Assembly: GCA_977030845.1 (NCBI GenBank)
Contig: OZ365109.1
Span: forward strand, 53,692,001 to 53,756,000
Length of the DNA stretch: 64,000 nucleotides
Direction: 5' to 3'
Source of the DNA: Fimbriosthenelais zetlandica
Taxonomy: Eukaryota
The translations under genes and the position numbers were made by a program. The notes beneath the pieces are model-generated. The model ran no database searches. It was not told where the DNA came from and was given only the letters and a program-made list of their open reading frames with translations. This document shows positions 41,001 through 53,952 of this stretch, one piece after another. Position 1 is the stretch's first letter. Each line of letters begins with the position of its first letter.

Positions 41001-41495
41001 GTATAATTGACAGGCATGTCACACGCAGGTCGTGGACACCACTCTTCATGTAGAGCTGATAAATCACTATAACAGACGCAGGTAGTATACCATATTTATA
41101 GGCGTCTACCAGTGTGGCAGGATCACAAAAACACGACTGCGATCGGGATGGGATAAGTCCGTGTTATAAAACATCCATCAGTGGGATGGATACCTCCCAT
41201 ACTCCTGTCATATCACCCATGCATTCCACTCATACTGGTCATATTCTATGGTCCACCGGTGGAAGCAAAACTAAGAGCTTGAATGGCATTATCAGAGGTG
41301 CGAACAGTATAGTATGGAGGGATCTACACTTACAGGACTCTGTCTGTGTGGGATTAGTCTCCTGCTGATGGGTCTCGCAAAATGGGTCAAGTCATCTGCA
41401 GACAGGTTCTCCCAAAATGGATTATGTCTCATGTAGATTGGGTATCAGAGAATAGGTAAAATCTGTGAGAGACATGGTCTCACAAAATGGGTCAT

Positions 41496-41630
41496 GTCTC
41501 CAGCAGATTGGGGCTCATAATGGGCAAGTCTCCAGCAGATTGGGGCTCATTATGGGCCAAGTCTCCAGCAGATTGGGGCTCATTATGGGCCAAGTCTCCA
41601 GCAGATTGGGGCTCATTATGGGCCAAGTCT
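41496..41630. repeat. 33-bp minisatellite, about 4 copies (gtctccagcagattggggctcattatgggccaa), with degenerate flanks from about 41364 to 41701
   Basis: Units start at 41496, 41528, 41561 and 41594, with a partial unit at 41627. Confidence 0.95.
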
Positions 41631-42353
41631 ACAGTAACTGCAGACAGGGTCTCCTATAAGGGTCTCACAGAATGGGTTCTGTCTCTGGCAGATTGGGTTT
41701 GACATATTATTATGGTGCACCATTAAACCTAAATGGACATTTTCCAGCTATACCTTTAGTTAAAGTGTAAATTGGTCGCAAGAAAAAATGTCCGTAACAG
41801 CTCTCAATGAAGGTTTATGTGACAAGCTGGTACATTCTTATCAGAATGTCTGTAACATTACTTGCCGTCTGAGCAATTTAATCAGAATTACAACACCCAG
41901 ATGCTCCCAAGTGAAAATTTTACAGCAAGTGGGGAAAAACTATTGCATTTCCAAATGAATCTGAAGATTGGCATCTCTGAGTTAATCAGGTTGGGATTCA
42001 ATGGAATGCGCCGATGGATACAGATGTGGCCCTTATCGAGATTAATATTACAACCAGTGCTGCGATCACCCAAGACTTGCTCCCCCGTCTTTAACATTAT
42101 TTTTATCATGATGATATTTAGAAATTGAAAGCTACTTTCTATGTGCTATATGATTCAGATATGAATTCAGACAATATATTCACTTTCCATGTTCACGAAC
42201 AACGTTGCAAATCAGTTACCTTGAAAGAAGGGAATTACATCAAAATTTCATATTTTTTATTTAAGTAAAGGAAGAGAGACTGGAGCAATTCTAGGTGAGC
42301 CCCTCGGTGAACTTGACCGAAATAATATTTTGGGAATCCCTGTTGAAGAGAGG

Positions 42354-42382
42354 GGATTAGCCTAATCCTAATCCACTAAGCC
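42354..42382. promoter_or_regulatory. K50 homeodomain (Otx/Pitx-type) site cluster
   Basis: GGATTA-gcc-TAATCC-TAATCC-ac-TAAGCC: four sites in 29 bp. Confidence 0.4.
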
Positions 42383-44100
42383 TCAGCTGTGGTCAACTAT
42401 TTTATCGCCGTTTCGGTGCTTTTCAGCTGGGATAAAAGCTTTTAAGGGCGAGTCACTTCAGCAAAACGATAAAGAGCGACCGTTTTCACATTACCTACAA
42501 GCGTCTGTGAGTAAAAGCATCAGCTTATTAAGTTATCTTTAAATTAATACATATAGATCACTTGAAAGAGTTGAATCTTCGCGAAAATGTATTGCTGAGC
42601 TAGGGTACAAGTCTAGTCTTGAGACATGTAAAAAAAAGTTGACTTTCTCAATCCATAACAAAAGGAAAATTTAATGATTATCAAAATGCAGGGTTCATTA
42701 TCTGATGTATTTTTAGAACATCCCTAAGATTCTAAGATATGTACTTCAGTAAAAGCATAATTATCAGGATCGAGATTTTACAAAAATAAAAACCCCATCG
42801 CCGTGATAGGAGCGAGCAGCTCGAATTAATTGCTCAAGATTAATCTCACGTGATAATTGGAGGACGTTTTCATAAAGATTTATGATAATTAAAGGCAGGA
42901 TCCGATGAACCAATTAACTTTGAACTTCTGGTTCCATCAAGGTAAAATATGTCATAAAATTAATAAAAATGGAGCGAGTATAGCCCAGGTGCCCCCTATC
43001 CCCTTATAAAAACATAGTTTCGGTTTAAAATTATGTAAATTAATATGGTCGGTACCAAACCTCTTCAGATCACACAATCAGGACAGTGGGTGCTGCCCCT
43101 ACGACTCCTCTTACGAACGAGAACAGAGGAGGGTACTTGGGATTAGCCATAAGGAGATGGATCCCATTCGACCTTGGGGTCACTGGACACATGAGTCAGG
43201 ATTGGGAGATCTGCTGACCACTGCTACTGTTTAAAGAACGCGTGAGTCAGGCAAGACAGAAACAAGAATATAACACTGTCAAGTCAGGAGTTGTTAAGAC
43301 ATCAAACACATCTTCATTGATTAATACAAATATTATTAGCAACAGCTGGTGAAAATCGATCACATAATCTATAAGATGGGGAATCAGTATTGCGTATGCA
43401 TATCACCATATCACATAAATCCCTACAGATTCAAAATAATTTGTTTAATACAAAATAATATGAATATTATCAACTAAGTAGACATTCATTATGGACATTA
43501 TAGGATAGATTCTCCAACTTATTATGGAAACTTTCATGTGCGTGGTCCCCAACAACAACGAAGATAACAATAGGCATTGTGATGAGAGAGAATGGGAACC
43601 AAACCATAATTAGGCACTCTAAAGTGAATTCCCAAATTACTAACTGTTGTTTGGAAGCCACGTTAAGCTCACTGGAACCCCAGGGGTCATCTATGGATGC
43701 AACTCATAAGAAGCAGTGAGAACAAAGCTTCCAAGTTCAATGACAGGCTCGAGTCACGCATGGCATGGCTATATCTAATTAGCCGTGCCTTGAAATGCCT
43801 TGAAATTGGGCAAGAAAAAGGTCAAGTGGAAGCTTTAGAAGCGCGAGCATCGACACCATGTGTTGACCTAGATCTATCGCAGCAATTACCGCACATTTGC
43901 AGGCTTAACTTGAGTTGTTTTTCTGTACAAAAATATTACCCCAAAGAGTTGATACTTTTATATGGCTTTCTTGGAAGACTGACAAATTATAAATCAAAAA
44001 AGTTGAGCCAAAATACAGTTTACTGTACTGTTGAGAATCCAGACTTTTCCGCATGAGCAGTTCTCCATGGACAAATGATCAGAAAAGTGTATCCAATAAG

Positions 44101-44250
44101 TGGGAGACTGGGCCCAAGCTGCTGGAAACTGGACTTAGTCGATGGGAGACTGGGCCCAATCTGCTGGAAACTGGACTTAGTCGATGGGAGACTGGGCCCA
44201 ATCTGCTGGAAACTGGACTTAGTCGATGGGAGACTGGGCCCAAGCTGCGA
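44101..44250. repeat. 42-bp minisatellite, about 3.5 copies (tgggagactgggcccaatctgctggaaactggacttagtcga), with degenerate tail to about 44430
   Basis: Units start at 44101, 44143, 44185 and 44227; each is built from two related halves of about 21 bp. Confidence 0.95.
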
Positions 44251-47200
44251 GAGATTTGAGCCAACCTGCTGGAGACTCGACTGAACTTGTGGGAGACGGG
44301 GTACAGCCTGCATGAGAATGGACCTAATTGGGGTGGTGAGCCCAATCTTTGGGACTGGGACCAATGTGTGGAACATTATGCAGGAGACAGGACTGGTACA
44401 GTAGCCCAAGTCTGCAAGGGATGAGACCAAAGTTCCCTTTGTGTAAATGACAGTCAGACAATCCTTAAGGTGGTTTATTAACTATGAAATATGATGAGTG
44501 CAGACCTTTATGAAAGTAAAGTCCTGGTAGGATTATGGCAGCTCGGATTTCCACAGTGTAAATCAATGGACAGTATAGGGTTTGCATGTGCGTGTGACAG
44601 GATCAGACCTACGAGCTTTATTATAGCTAGAGACCTTCATTTGCTGGCTGGTGCCGTGAGTGGAACTCGTAAATACCTCCAGGGAACACCTTTATGGTCA
44701 TTGTTCATACAAGGCTGGCTTCAGAACTGGCCCTTTCTTAGCCAATGGCATGCATTAGACCTACTATTGGTTTCATCCAAAACAACTTTAGTATCATACG
44801 TCTTTTCATAATTCCGACTTTTTCAATCTTCTGCAGTATTGCCATTCAATACATCGGGTGTTAAAATAATTATTGTCCAAATCTCAAGTTGTCATGAACA
44901 ATGTTCTCAATAAATTTGGTTCAATTACTGGGTGCAATTTCATACAATATTCAATATGGTATAGTAGAAAACCTCTACATCCGCACAATAATAATGAATG
45001 ATCCAATACATGTACAGGTTAAGTTCATGTAGGACAGGTGTCATGTAGACAAGGGTCTATAGAATCAGATTCAGGAGTCAAAACCACTTGATTAAAAGTA
45101 AGAAAAAAAACCTTAAAATTCAGACCAAAAAAACGGTAAAATGTTAGAAACGGAATAATTGTATACAAAATCTCATCAGCTATAAAAATGTCATTTGCCC
45201 AATATAATTTAGACTTAAGAACCCCCTTTGGGACGTAGGGTTAGTAGATGGGGTTAATTTTTTATGAAGCGTCCTATGTCTTGATTAGAAACTAAGGTTG
45301 GAATTTACAGTCTGGGTGCAGGGTGATTAAGGTAATTGAGACTGAACGAACTCATTCATCAAAGCTGTTCAGCCCCTGGATACATAGACCAGCAAAACAT
45401 CGATGATTTATGATCGAAACTCGTCTGCTCTTGAACACAAAAATTCAAGTGACTGCACCGAAAACATTGTTTAAGGCCTATTTGTACTGAATCTGACATT
45501 TTCCATTATATCAAGTTATCATTCACTTAAGTATTATGACATTGTCATGTGGTCCATGACATTCAATCTGTATTCAAAACTAGAGGTGATACCTCTCTTC
45601 CCCAGGTCTAAGGTGAGGGGCGAGATTTAATTTTTGGCAATTAAAAATTTCACAATTTAAATTTCAAAACCCTTAGAAAATGAAGGCTAGTCAGGTAAGC
45701 CCATCTCCTAAGAGTAGCTCCCTTGCACCTCAGAGCAGCTCACGCTGGTGTCACCATCTGGTGCTAAACACTGTAACTACACCCTCACAGCCCAGACAAG
45801 TTACTCCGGCTGTTGAAGCGGCTGGACAGCGTGCCACTAGGGTGGAAATAGTGAATGACGGATGACTGGACCAAACTACAGACAGAGAGACATAGATCAG
45901 ATTAGGAAAGGTCCTCAATCAAACTGATATATTGTAATATTCTAATAAGGACAAACTACTCATACATCAGATGCTCTGTCACTGGGCTGCGTTGATTAAT
46001 GTTCACCGAAGAACATTCGTCTAGACTTGATTTGCTATTGTGTAGCAAGCAAGGAAAAATTAATTTAAAAAATATGATTATGTAGACTATTCGGGAATGT
46101 CTCAATTGATGCAGGGGAGGATTTTGTTTCATAATTGCCCATATCATGCCTTGAATAATGTCTGAAAGGAATACAGAACTTTTCACTGGATAACACACGC
46201 AGACACATGAGTCATATCAATGTCTAAACGTATCAGCCATGAATCTGGTCCATAGTTCATAGACTGTAATTAATCTTTCTTAAGGGATTTAGTATAGATT
46301 TGGTTGAGACTGGATATAGTCTAGTCCTGGAGGAACAATCTAGCTTAATTACATGGCATGGTAGACAATACTGTATGGCCCGTGGCAAAGCCAGCCATCA
46401 TTTCTATCAGGAGGCGACCATAGATCGACCTCACATGAAGCTGCTTTTTGAGACGATAATGAGCCTGCATGGACAATACATTCACTGCATTAATCAGTGT
46501 CAAAAAACCTGGAGTTTCAGTTGAAGAAAATGAAATTTTGATGTTTTTTTACTATAATATATGGCAAGCAAACTTAATCATATAGTTATGCTGATTGCTT
46601 GTATATCGTTTAACGTCCAGTCAGCAATTTCACAGCTATCTCAGGACGAAAGGAAAAACGCTGTCGGCACACAATGTACTACTCTTCTCAAACGGCAGCA
46701 ATGGTTAAGAAATTTAAGTACAGTGGGGATATCAGATTCTTTGGCTCAGTTCTAAGCTCTAAATATAGTTTTTAATCTATCCACCCACATCATTATTAAT
46801 GACTAAATTATTCCATATAAGGGGCACATAACATATATATCCCCGACAGCTTTACATCCCGTGACATTACTTTATAAGTTAAATTACTTTACAAAAAGTT
46901 CTATTAAAACTTCCCACCAGGGTCAAAGAACTCCTTGAGGCATTTCCACTGGAGAAGTGAAAATTGCATGCTATAGCAGCCAAGCTAGGTTAGCAGACGA
47001 TAGGTTGCATGTATGTCTAACGTTAAATCACATAACCTATACTCACAGGACCGTTATAAACCTGTTCATCAAAACAACCTTCCTATGATAGGCCATGTGA
47101 GGGAGTAGAACGCCGGGGGTGGTTTAAGAGATGCCAGATTTAGAAAATCCCTACAGTGTATTAACATCCTATCTTAGATCCCACCCTCTTTCTCTACTTC

Positions 47201-47581
47201 AATGTATAGTCTATACCATCAGTAGGCCTATTCAAATAAATTCTCTTAATCTATACTATATATTAGGTGACAATGATACCTTTAATCATGTTGTGATAAA
47301 TATTTCATCTTCACCGGAGTCTATACTCCACTGGAGATTCTACATCTATATACACCCATTATACTCTATAAAATATAATACTCAGTAAATTAGTCATCAC
47401 TATAAATTTGGAAGGGCTCGCATCAGTTTTACCTCAGAATAGACCTGTCCTGATATCATGTGTTGAGGCTGCTTAAATATCTAAAGATTAATCGCTGGGA
47501 ATATTACAGTGGAATTGTATGGGGAAAATAATGAAGGGTGTCCTTACTTAACTGAAGGCCACAGTGAGCAAGTATACTCAC

Positions 47582-47593
47582 TTGTGTGAGTTA
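47582..47593 (-). CDS. Possible 12-nt symmetric microexon (phase 1 to 1)
   Basis: catttcttgtcaatttttcag|taactcacacaa|gtgagt; splice signals only. Confidence 0.2.
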
Positions 47594-48248
47594 CTGAAAA
47601 ATTGACAAGAAATGTCTAGTAAACCAGAACATGTAAATAGGGGAATTAATCGGACTTTTATGAACGATATATTTGTGTGCGCATACTAATTAAAACATTG
47701 TCCCCACTCGGGAAACACAACAGGGAAATAATCTTGTGTCTATTTCTGGTGACCGAGATTAGACTGCGCTCTCTAACAGGGTTAAGACGCCCATCTCCAG
47801 TCATTATCCCTATTCACACTTCTGATGTCATTCCCGCCCGTGACAATTCAAATGTCAGTCCCAAATGAATTTTTTCTCCGAATAAAACTGGTGCCACTTC
47901 AAATGGAAACCGCAGTTGAATTGAAACAGGCTATCCTATTCCTAGGTGATCATGTCATTACGAGTGACAGGAAATAATGATGAATTAATTTTAGTGATTT
48001 GGAAGCAATTTCATCTATTTTCTTCCACTCCCTGCTCACCGTCTGCACCTATTTTAAACCATATTGTACGAGAAGAATGGTCTAATTAAACGAGTGTCAT
48101 CTACTATTTTCCATGAATATGAAGTTTCTCGGTTTCATTTGATTGCCAGATGATTGTATCACATTTTAAATATTAATTTATATTGGATCTATATTTAAGT
48201 TAAGATATTAATGTTAGAGCTTTAGTTAAAGTGCAGTTTCCAACTTAC

Positions 48249-48273
48249 TAGTAAATCTAAAAACATGAGAGAT
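48249..48273 (-). CDS. Possible 25-nt microexon (ISHVFRFT, phase 0 to 1) following the 601-codon exon
   Basis: Very long CT tract ending ctgtccttccag|, then 25 nt, then |gtaagt. In frame with the phase-0 donor at 48448 across a 174-nt intron. Confidence 0.3.
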
Positions 48274-48279
48274 CTGGAA

Positions 48280-48321
48280 GGACAGAGAGAGAGACAGACA
48301 GAAGGAGAGACACAGAGAGAG
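48280..48321. repeat. (GA/GACA)n microsatellite forming a minus-strand polypyrimidine tract
   Basis: Direct reading. Confidence 0.9.
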
Positions 48322-48447
48322 CATGTGTGGTATGCTTGTGTGCCCAATGGTTTATCAATATTGTAAAGTTTTGTTCATACTTAAACCCTGTAATATTTCT
48401 TAGCTTTTTTTCTTAAAAATCCCAACAGGACTGGTATGGGGGCCTAC

Positions 48448-50250
48448 CTTGCGCTCCTCCTCTAGAAGTTCCAGTTCTACTCGGACCATGTCCACGTCTG
48501 ACTCAGGTCCATACAGGATATCATCCTCCTCATCCTCCTCATTTCCCACCCCGCGACTCTCCCGAGACCGACCATCCGTGAAGGGTGACTTATAGATCTC
48601 CTTCTCTATACCATCCATGTCCTCCTCCCCATCCTTCGATTCCTCTTCGTCGTCCTCATTCATCCCTTCATCTCCGCTCTCTTCCCTCTCTTCCTCCTCC
48701 TCCTCTTCGTCCTCCTCCATATCCTCCTCTTCGCGGGGGGCATACTTGCTGGTCTTCCTCAGGATACCTTGGGGTTTCTGGCACAGTTTGATGACGGGTT
48801 TGTGCATATTCTCTGAGGTCTCCAGCACGATGACTTCATCATCGATATCGTAAACGGTCTCAGTCTCGTCGAAATAAACCCTCTTTCTCTTGCTGGATGG
48901 AGAGATATCATACTCAATGGATTCCTCAGTGTTGAGTGTTCGTCTGGGAGAGGTGGGTTCACTGTCGAAGGTAGTGTGTTTCTTACCGGGGCTAATCATA
49001 AAGGCATGGGTCATCAGTTCCTCTTCACTGTAGTACCTCCTGGCCTCGTCTATATTGGACGGCCTACCGTATGGAGGAGGTGGATGCTGAGCAGTCCTAT
49101 CCCAAGCATGACCACCACCACCTATACCACCACTGCTCCACTGAGACTTCTGCGGTGGAGCGAAAGGTGAGGCTCTCAGGTGGCTGAACTGGTAGGAATC
49201 ATCATCGAGTAAGATCTTGCGCCTGCCAGTGGTAGGGGAGGTCACGTAGATGTCCGGGATCTCCCGGCGAAAGTAGCGTCTTCGAGAGGAGCAGTCGGGA
49301 GGCTCGAGCTGGACACCGCTAATGATAGGCTGGATGATGGTCCCAGGAGCAAGTTTGAGGAAGTGTTCTCTCTTGGGACTACCACCGGATGGTTTACCTG
49401 GTGGCTCATTGGAGTAGTATCTCTCGTCCTCATACCTCCCCGATCTCTCCTGGTGGCCATAACTACATCCTGAGAGATCCTGAGGGGAGTTACTGATGTT
49501 TTCCTCACTGTTGTAGTAGTATATTTTATCATAGCCATCAAAGTAAACTCTCCCAAGACCTGCGTCCGACCACCTTCGACCTCCACCGATGCCATCGTTG
49601 GCTGTCAGTGACTCCTTCCCGTCAGAACTGGAGGAACACGTGGTGGAGTCACTGCTAAAGGCTGGCTTCCTCCCGTAGTAACCAGCGTCAGTACTGGCTG
49701 ACCTTCTGTGACCTTGGCTCCCTCCTGGGTATCCCCGGTCACACCTCTCATCTCCTCCAGTACTGGGGGCCCTCCTGTGCCCCCTCTTTGTGTACTCATT
49801 GTGTATGCCCTGATGGTAGATATCCCCATCTCGTTGAACCACATATGGATCACCTACTATATTACTGGGGCCCCTTCGGTGACAGGCCCCATGACAGACA
49901 GGTCTTCTGTTACCTTGCCTGCAAGGACTGGCAGATCGCGACCTTTGCTTTGGTCTCTGGGGGATCTGCTGCCTTTCTGGGTTGATCGGGATGGGACGGA
50001 ATGTCCTTTTGGAATCGTTACTAGGACTTGGTGACCTCCGCTCTCGGTCGGCACTCAGTGATCTCTGGTTGACACCGAACAGTTTCTTGGTGTGGCACTC
50101 ACCGCCGTAGCTTGAGGAGCGGCGGTGGCTGCCGGAGCGTGGCTGTCTACGACTGCTGCCATGCTGCCTGGATCTGTCACCGTAAGCACACTCATTGTCC
50201 AGCTGATCCCAGCTCAGTGATTTGTTGTCTGCCCGTGAAAATCTCGGCAT
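48448..50250 (-). CDS. Large coding exon (601 codons, MPRFSR...EEERK|) for an intrinsically disordered Ser/Arg-rich then acidic region; candidate alternative first exon of the minus-strand gene, or a nested gene
   Basis: Part of the 663-aa ORF 48400-50391, with GC well above the flanks. ATG at 50250 has A at -3 (gcaagATG). Donor AAG|GTAGGC at 48448 is phase 0, and the sequence turns AT-rich immediately after it. Confidence 0.75.
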
Positions 50251-53200
50251 CTTGCGGACCTTCTTTTCAGCGGGTATAACGTAAAGAACTTTGAGGATTT
50301 GCACCATGTTATGTAAAAGTCCAATATGATGAGAGTACAATATTGTTATAGGATGATCAGGAGTAATTTGCTCACACAATCTTGTCCACAAAAAACCTCA
50401 AGAGGCTTAAAGTATCTTGGAAATAATAGGACTATTCTTGATATGTTAGTATATTTTTCTTCTTCAAGATAATTATCTCAGGAATTGTAGAGGGTAAACA
50501 CTATGCTGGTATCAAAGATCCATATAAATCCAATCGAGCCTAATAAACCTGGCAGATATATGCTGTATACATGCAAAGGCATGTCTGTATTTCAAAGGCA
50601 CGGTTACAAACTGGCAAAGTAATGTCCTTGACTAAGATACATTACATGGAGTCGCAATGTTTCAGTCAAGATTAAAGGCACTTTTGTTGTTAAACAAAAT
50701 GTACAATTTTTTCCTGGTGAAGAGAGGAATTCCTCTCTGGGCCTATGGGGTTTCAGTCTTAGATAGTTAGGAGGCCTCCTCAGTGACAGATGACAAAGGA
50801 AAGCTTTTTAACTGGCTCTTGTTTTCCACACTGGACCAGCCCCTTGGGACTTGTTCTCCTGATCCAGTACCTCCAAGCTGGTACAATGACCATCTAGACC
50901 ATCCGATAATAAAAATATTATTTCTTTTAAAATAGTAGATAAAAAATATTCCTCTGGGTGTTATGCTGGATTATTCATTCAAACAAAGATCAAGATTCAG
51001 ATCAATTGTCATAAACGGTGGAAATGCCAGTAGTATTAGAAAAGTATTGTAGGTGTATTACTTCTAAATATCCAAAATTTTAAGGAACGATTTGTAAGGC
51101 ATTCATGTAGATGTCAGTCGACAGGAAAGTGCACTTTTTGATATTGGAGGTTTTCTCCTATGGCATAAACAAGTGGCACCACTATTTAGAAGATCACTAG
51201 AAATCAGATTATGTAACATTTGCATTAAGTATATCCAAAGGCAGTCCACTTAAAAGCAGTTATGATTTTAACATCTCACAAGGTTTGGCTTCCTAAATAT
51301 GAAAAACAAACAGATCCACCTTCAATGAACAGAAATATAGCTAATGAAGAATCCAAGGTGTATTTTACATTGTGTCTTCCTTCAAAATTTGCAGGGTTAA
51401 TCCCATGACTTTTCACATGTAAGATTGTAGTTGTTGCATTTGCAAAGTAATAAGAGTGGGGCTTTCAATGGTGGATGTATTATCCTTGGTAACAATATTC
51501 CCAATGTTGTTACTGACTATGTCGCAGCCTGTAGGGTGTCCAGACAATCCAGGTGGGCTCTCCAACCTCCTCCAATAGGATTTACTTCTCCACTGGAGGA
51601 GGTAATAATCCACTGAGGGCACACTTCCTGGGTAGGGACATTTTACATGTACCCTCCCCCTACTCCAGTACCCTACACCATTACCTCCTACAACCCTCCC
51701 ACCCTCACCCCCCGGTCACAGTCATCTTCCAAGCATCTTGGGACACTTTATAGGGTACCTTTCTGCCTCCTCCTACTCCGCCTCCACCTACTTGTCCTGC
51801 CTGACTTTTACTAATTCATAAATACGGACAACGATCGCCAGGTGGTGTTGCTTAAAACAATGGCCAAGACCAAAGCTTGTCCCGCCTCATTCTATCAACT
51901 AGTTTCACTAGCAGATGATCTCCATCAAGAGATACAGTACAGCCCAAAATGATTGAGAACCTTGTCAATTTTGGGAAATATCCATAATGCTATTTAATAA
52001 TAACATACCTGTCTGGTGTAGATCACATAAGATGGTGATGGAAGTCTGAAATCAGCTCTTTTATACTTTTGACTGAGTTTGTTTGTTCGTTAAATATCAT
52101 TATGGACTGTGAGTAAAATTAACAAGGTTGTGAATAATTTTGGGCTGTACTGTAATATGGCACGTGGGGACACATGCTCATGTCCTGACATTTGTCAAGT
52201 ATGGAGTTCGAGGAGAAAATCTTGCTTTTTCAAAATTGTATCTCTGGACTAATGGAGACATGTGCGGCAGAAAGTTACCTGAGATTTTTTAATGGCGTTT
52301 CAAGGAATGCACAAGCAATGTTAATGGGGAAGGCTATATGGTGGAAAAGTGATGAAATTGACTCCAATGTGTGTAACGCAGAATGTCAATCAAAATTAAG
52401 GTGAGGCAAACGAGTACAGACCTGTTTAAGACAAGAAATTAAGGTAAGTTTGACAGCAACAATGGTGAAGTGGTTAAAATAGCATCAAAATTGTAAAATG
52501 GCAGAACCACAATGAAGCTATACCATACTTCGTCACTAAATCATGGACCACTCTGGGAAAATGATTCTCTGGACACTTCACCCAAATCCAATTAAAATGA
52601 CGAGACAATCATTAATGAATTTGTCTCTAGATAGAGCCATCAGTGGCCACCCTCCTCTCCCCCTCCTCACTGCTGATTAGCACCCTTTGCTAGCCTCTCT
52701 TCCCTACTCGTGCTCCTTCCAAATGTCAACACCTCGCCTACACTTATGAGAAAAATCCACCAAAGGAATCTCACTCCTACAAGCGGGACATATTTAGCAA
52801 TCCAGGTACTCAAAGCGGTCTAATGGTGAAAATAATGTGGAAAACCATGCCGTCCTTGCCTTTATCGCTGCAAATTATTTTTCTTTCGCGCCGCAATTGT
52901 ATAAATTTGACAGGATCGTGATTTGGCTAGGAGAAAATCATGTTATGTTTTGTAGAGTGCGTTAATTATAGCTCGCAGCGTTCATGGAATGGTGAGGATG
53001 ATAATTAGATGCCGTTATGATGGCATAATGGTTATATTCGTAATTAGTACAACCAAATATTTATACATTTTGTGGAAGTTTTAACACTTCAGGCATATTC
53101 CTAATTAGAAATACCCACATGTGGATGTTCTAACACTATAGTAATTAGTAAGAGCCAGGGAACTTTTGTTGAAGGTCTAACGCTCGAAATGTATGACCCA

Positions 53201-53807
53201 TACAATTATTTACCTTAATTTCTGCCATTTACAAATGTCATAGAGCGCCTATTATAATAGTATGTGCAACATTGTTGAAACGTCAATCAAAACCAATGTT
53301 AGTTCAACGCTTTAAGAAATCCTTTATAAATGTCAGATCTTCAATGGTGGGCTTTTTATGTGGAGGGGGATAGAGAAACATCCCCTTAACGGGTCTCAGA
53401 ATAATACACAGAAAAATACCCACAAAGGTTCACAGCATGGGTTGCCCACATTTTAAAGTCCCCCCTTGGGGCAACCACATGTAAACGAAGAATACATTGA
53501 AAGGAAACTGGCTTAATAGGCGTTGAATTTGACTGAAAGTTCTGGATGTGGAGGTGCACAAGCTTCAATGTTCTGAGGATTCTGTCCAGAGGTGATGTCT
53601 GGCTATTCAATTATGAGTTGAATCACAGTAGGCCTGAGGCAGGGGGCCAGCATGTTTGATATTCCGGCAGTGACAGGCAGAAATCAGTGATTCGCGGTAA
53701 GCAGATTGGGGGAGTGCAGAATGACATTGGTTCCCTTTACTATCAGAGGACAGTCATAAAGCCTCATCGTTGACATAAACTCTATGTTGCACTGATACTG
53801 ATATAAT

Positions 53808-53858
53808 GGATGGATGAATGAATGAACGATTGAATGAATTAGATGGATGAATGGATGA
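53808..53858. repeat. (ATGG/ATGA)n microsatellite
   Basis: Direct reading. Confidence 0.85.
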
Positions 53859-53952
53859 TTAAGTTGCATCCAATTGCAACATTGGGGGTGATGCATATTG
53901 TAGAATTAAACGAGTACTCTTAGATGTTATGAAATGGATTTCATATACTCAC

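Noticed and set aside
41496-44250. Regular repeats as a possible CRISPR array, and the ORFs running through them
   Set aside because: Units are contiguous with no unique spacers, no cas genes are present, and the context is eukaryotic. The ORFs are artefacts of repeat periods divisible by 3.
52192-52449. Plus-strand ORF ending at tandem donors (aag|gtgagg, aag|gtaagt)
   Set aside because: No clear acceptor or homology; could be an antisense non-coding exon, but this is unsupported.
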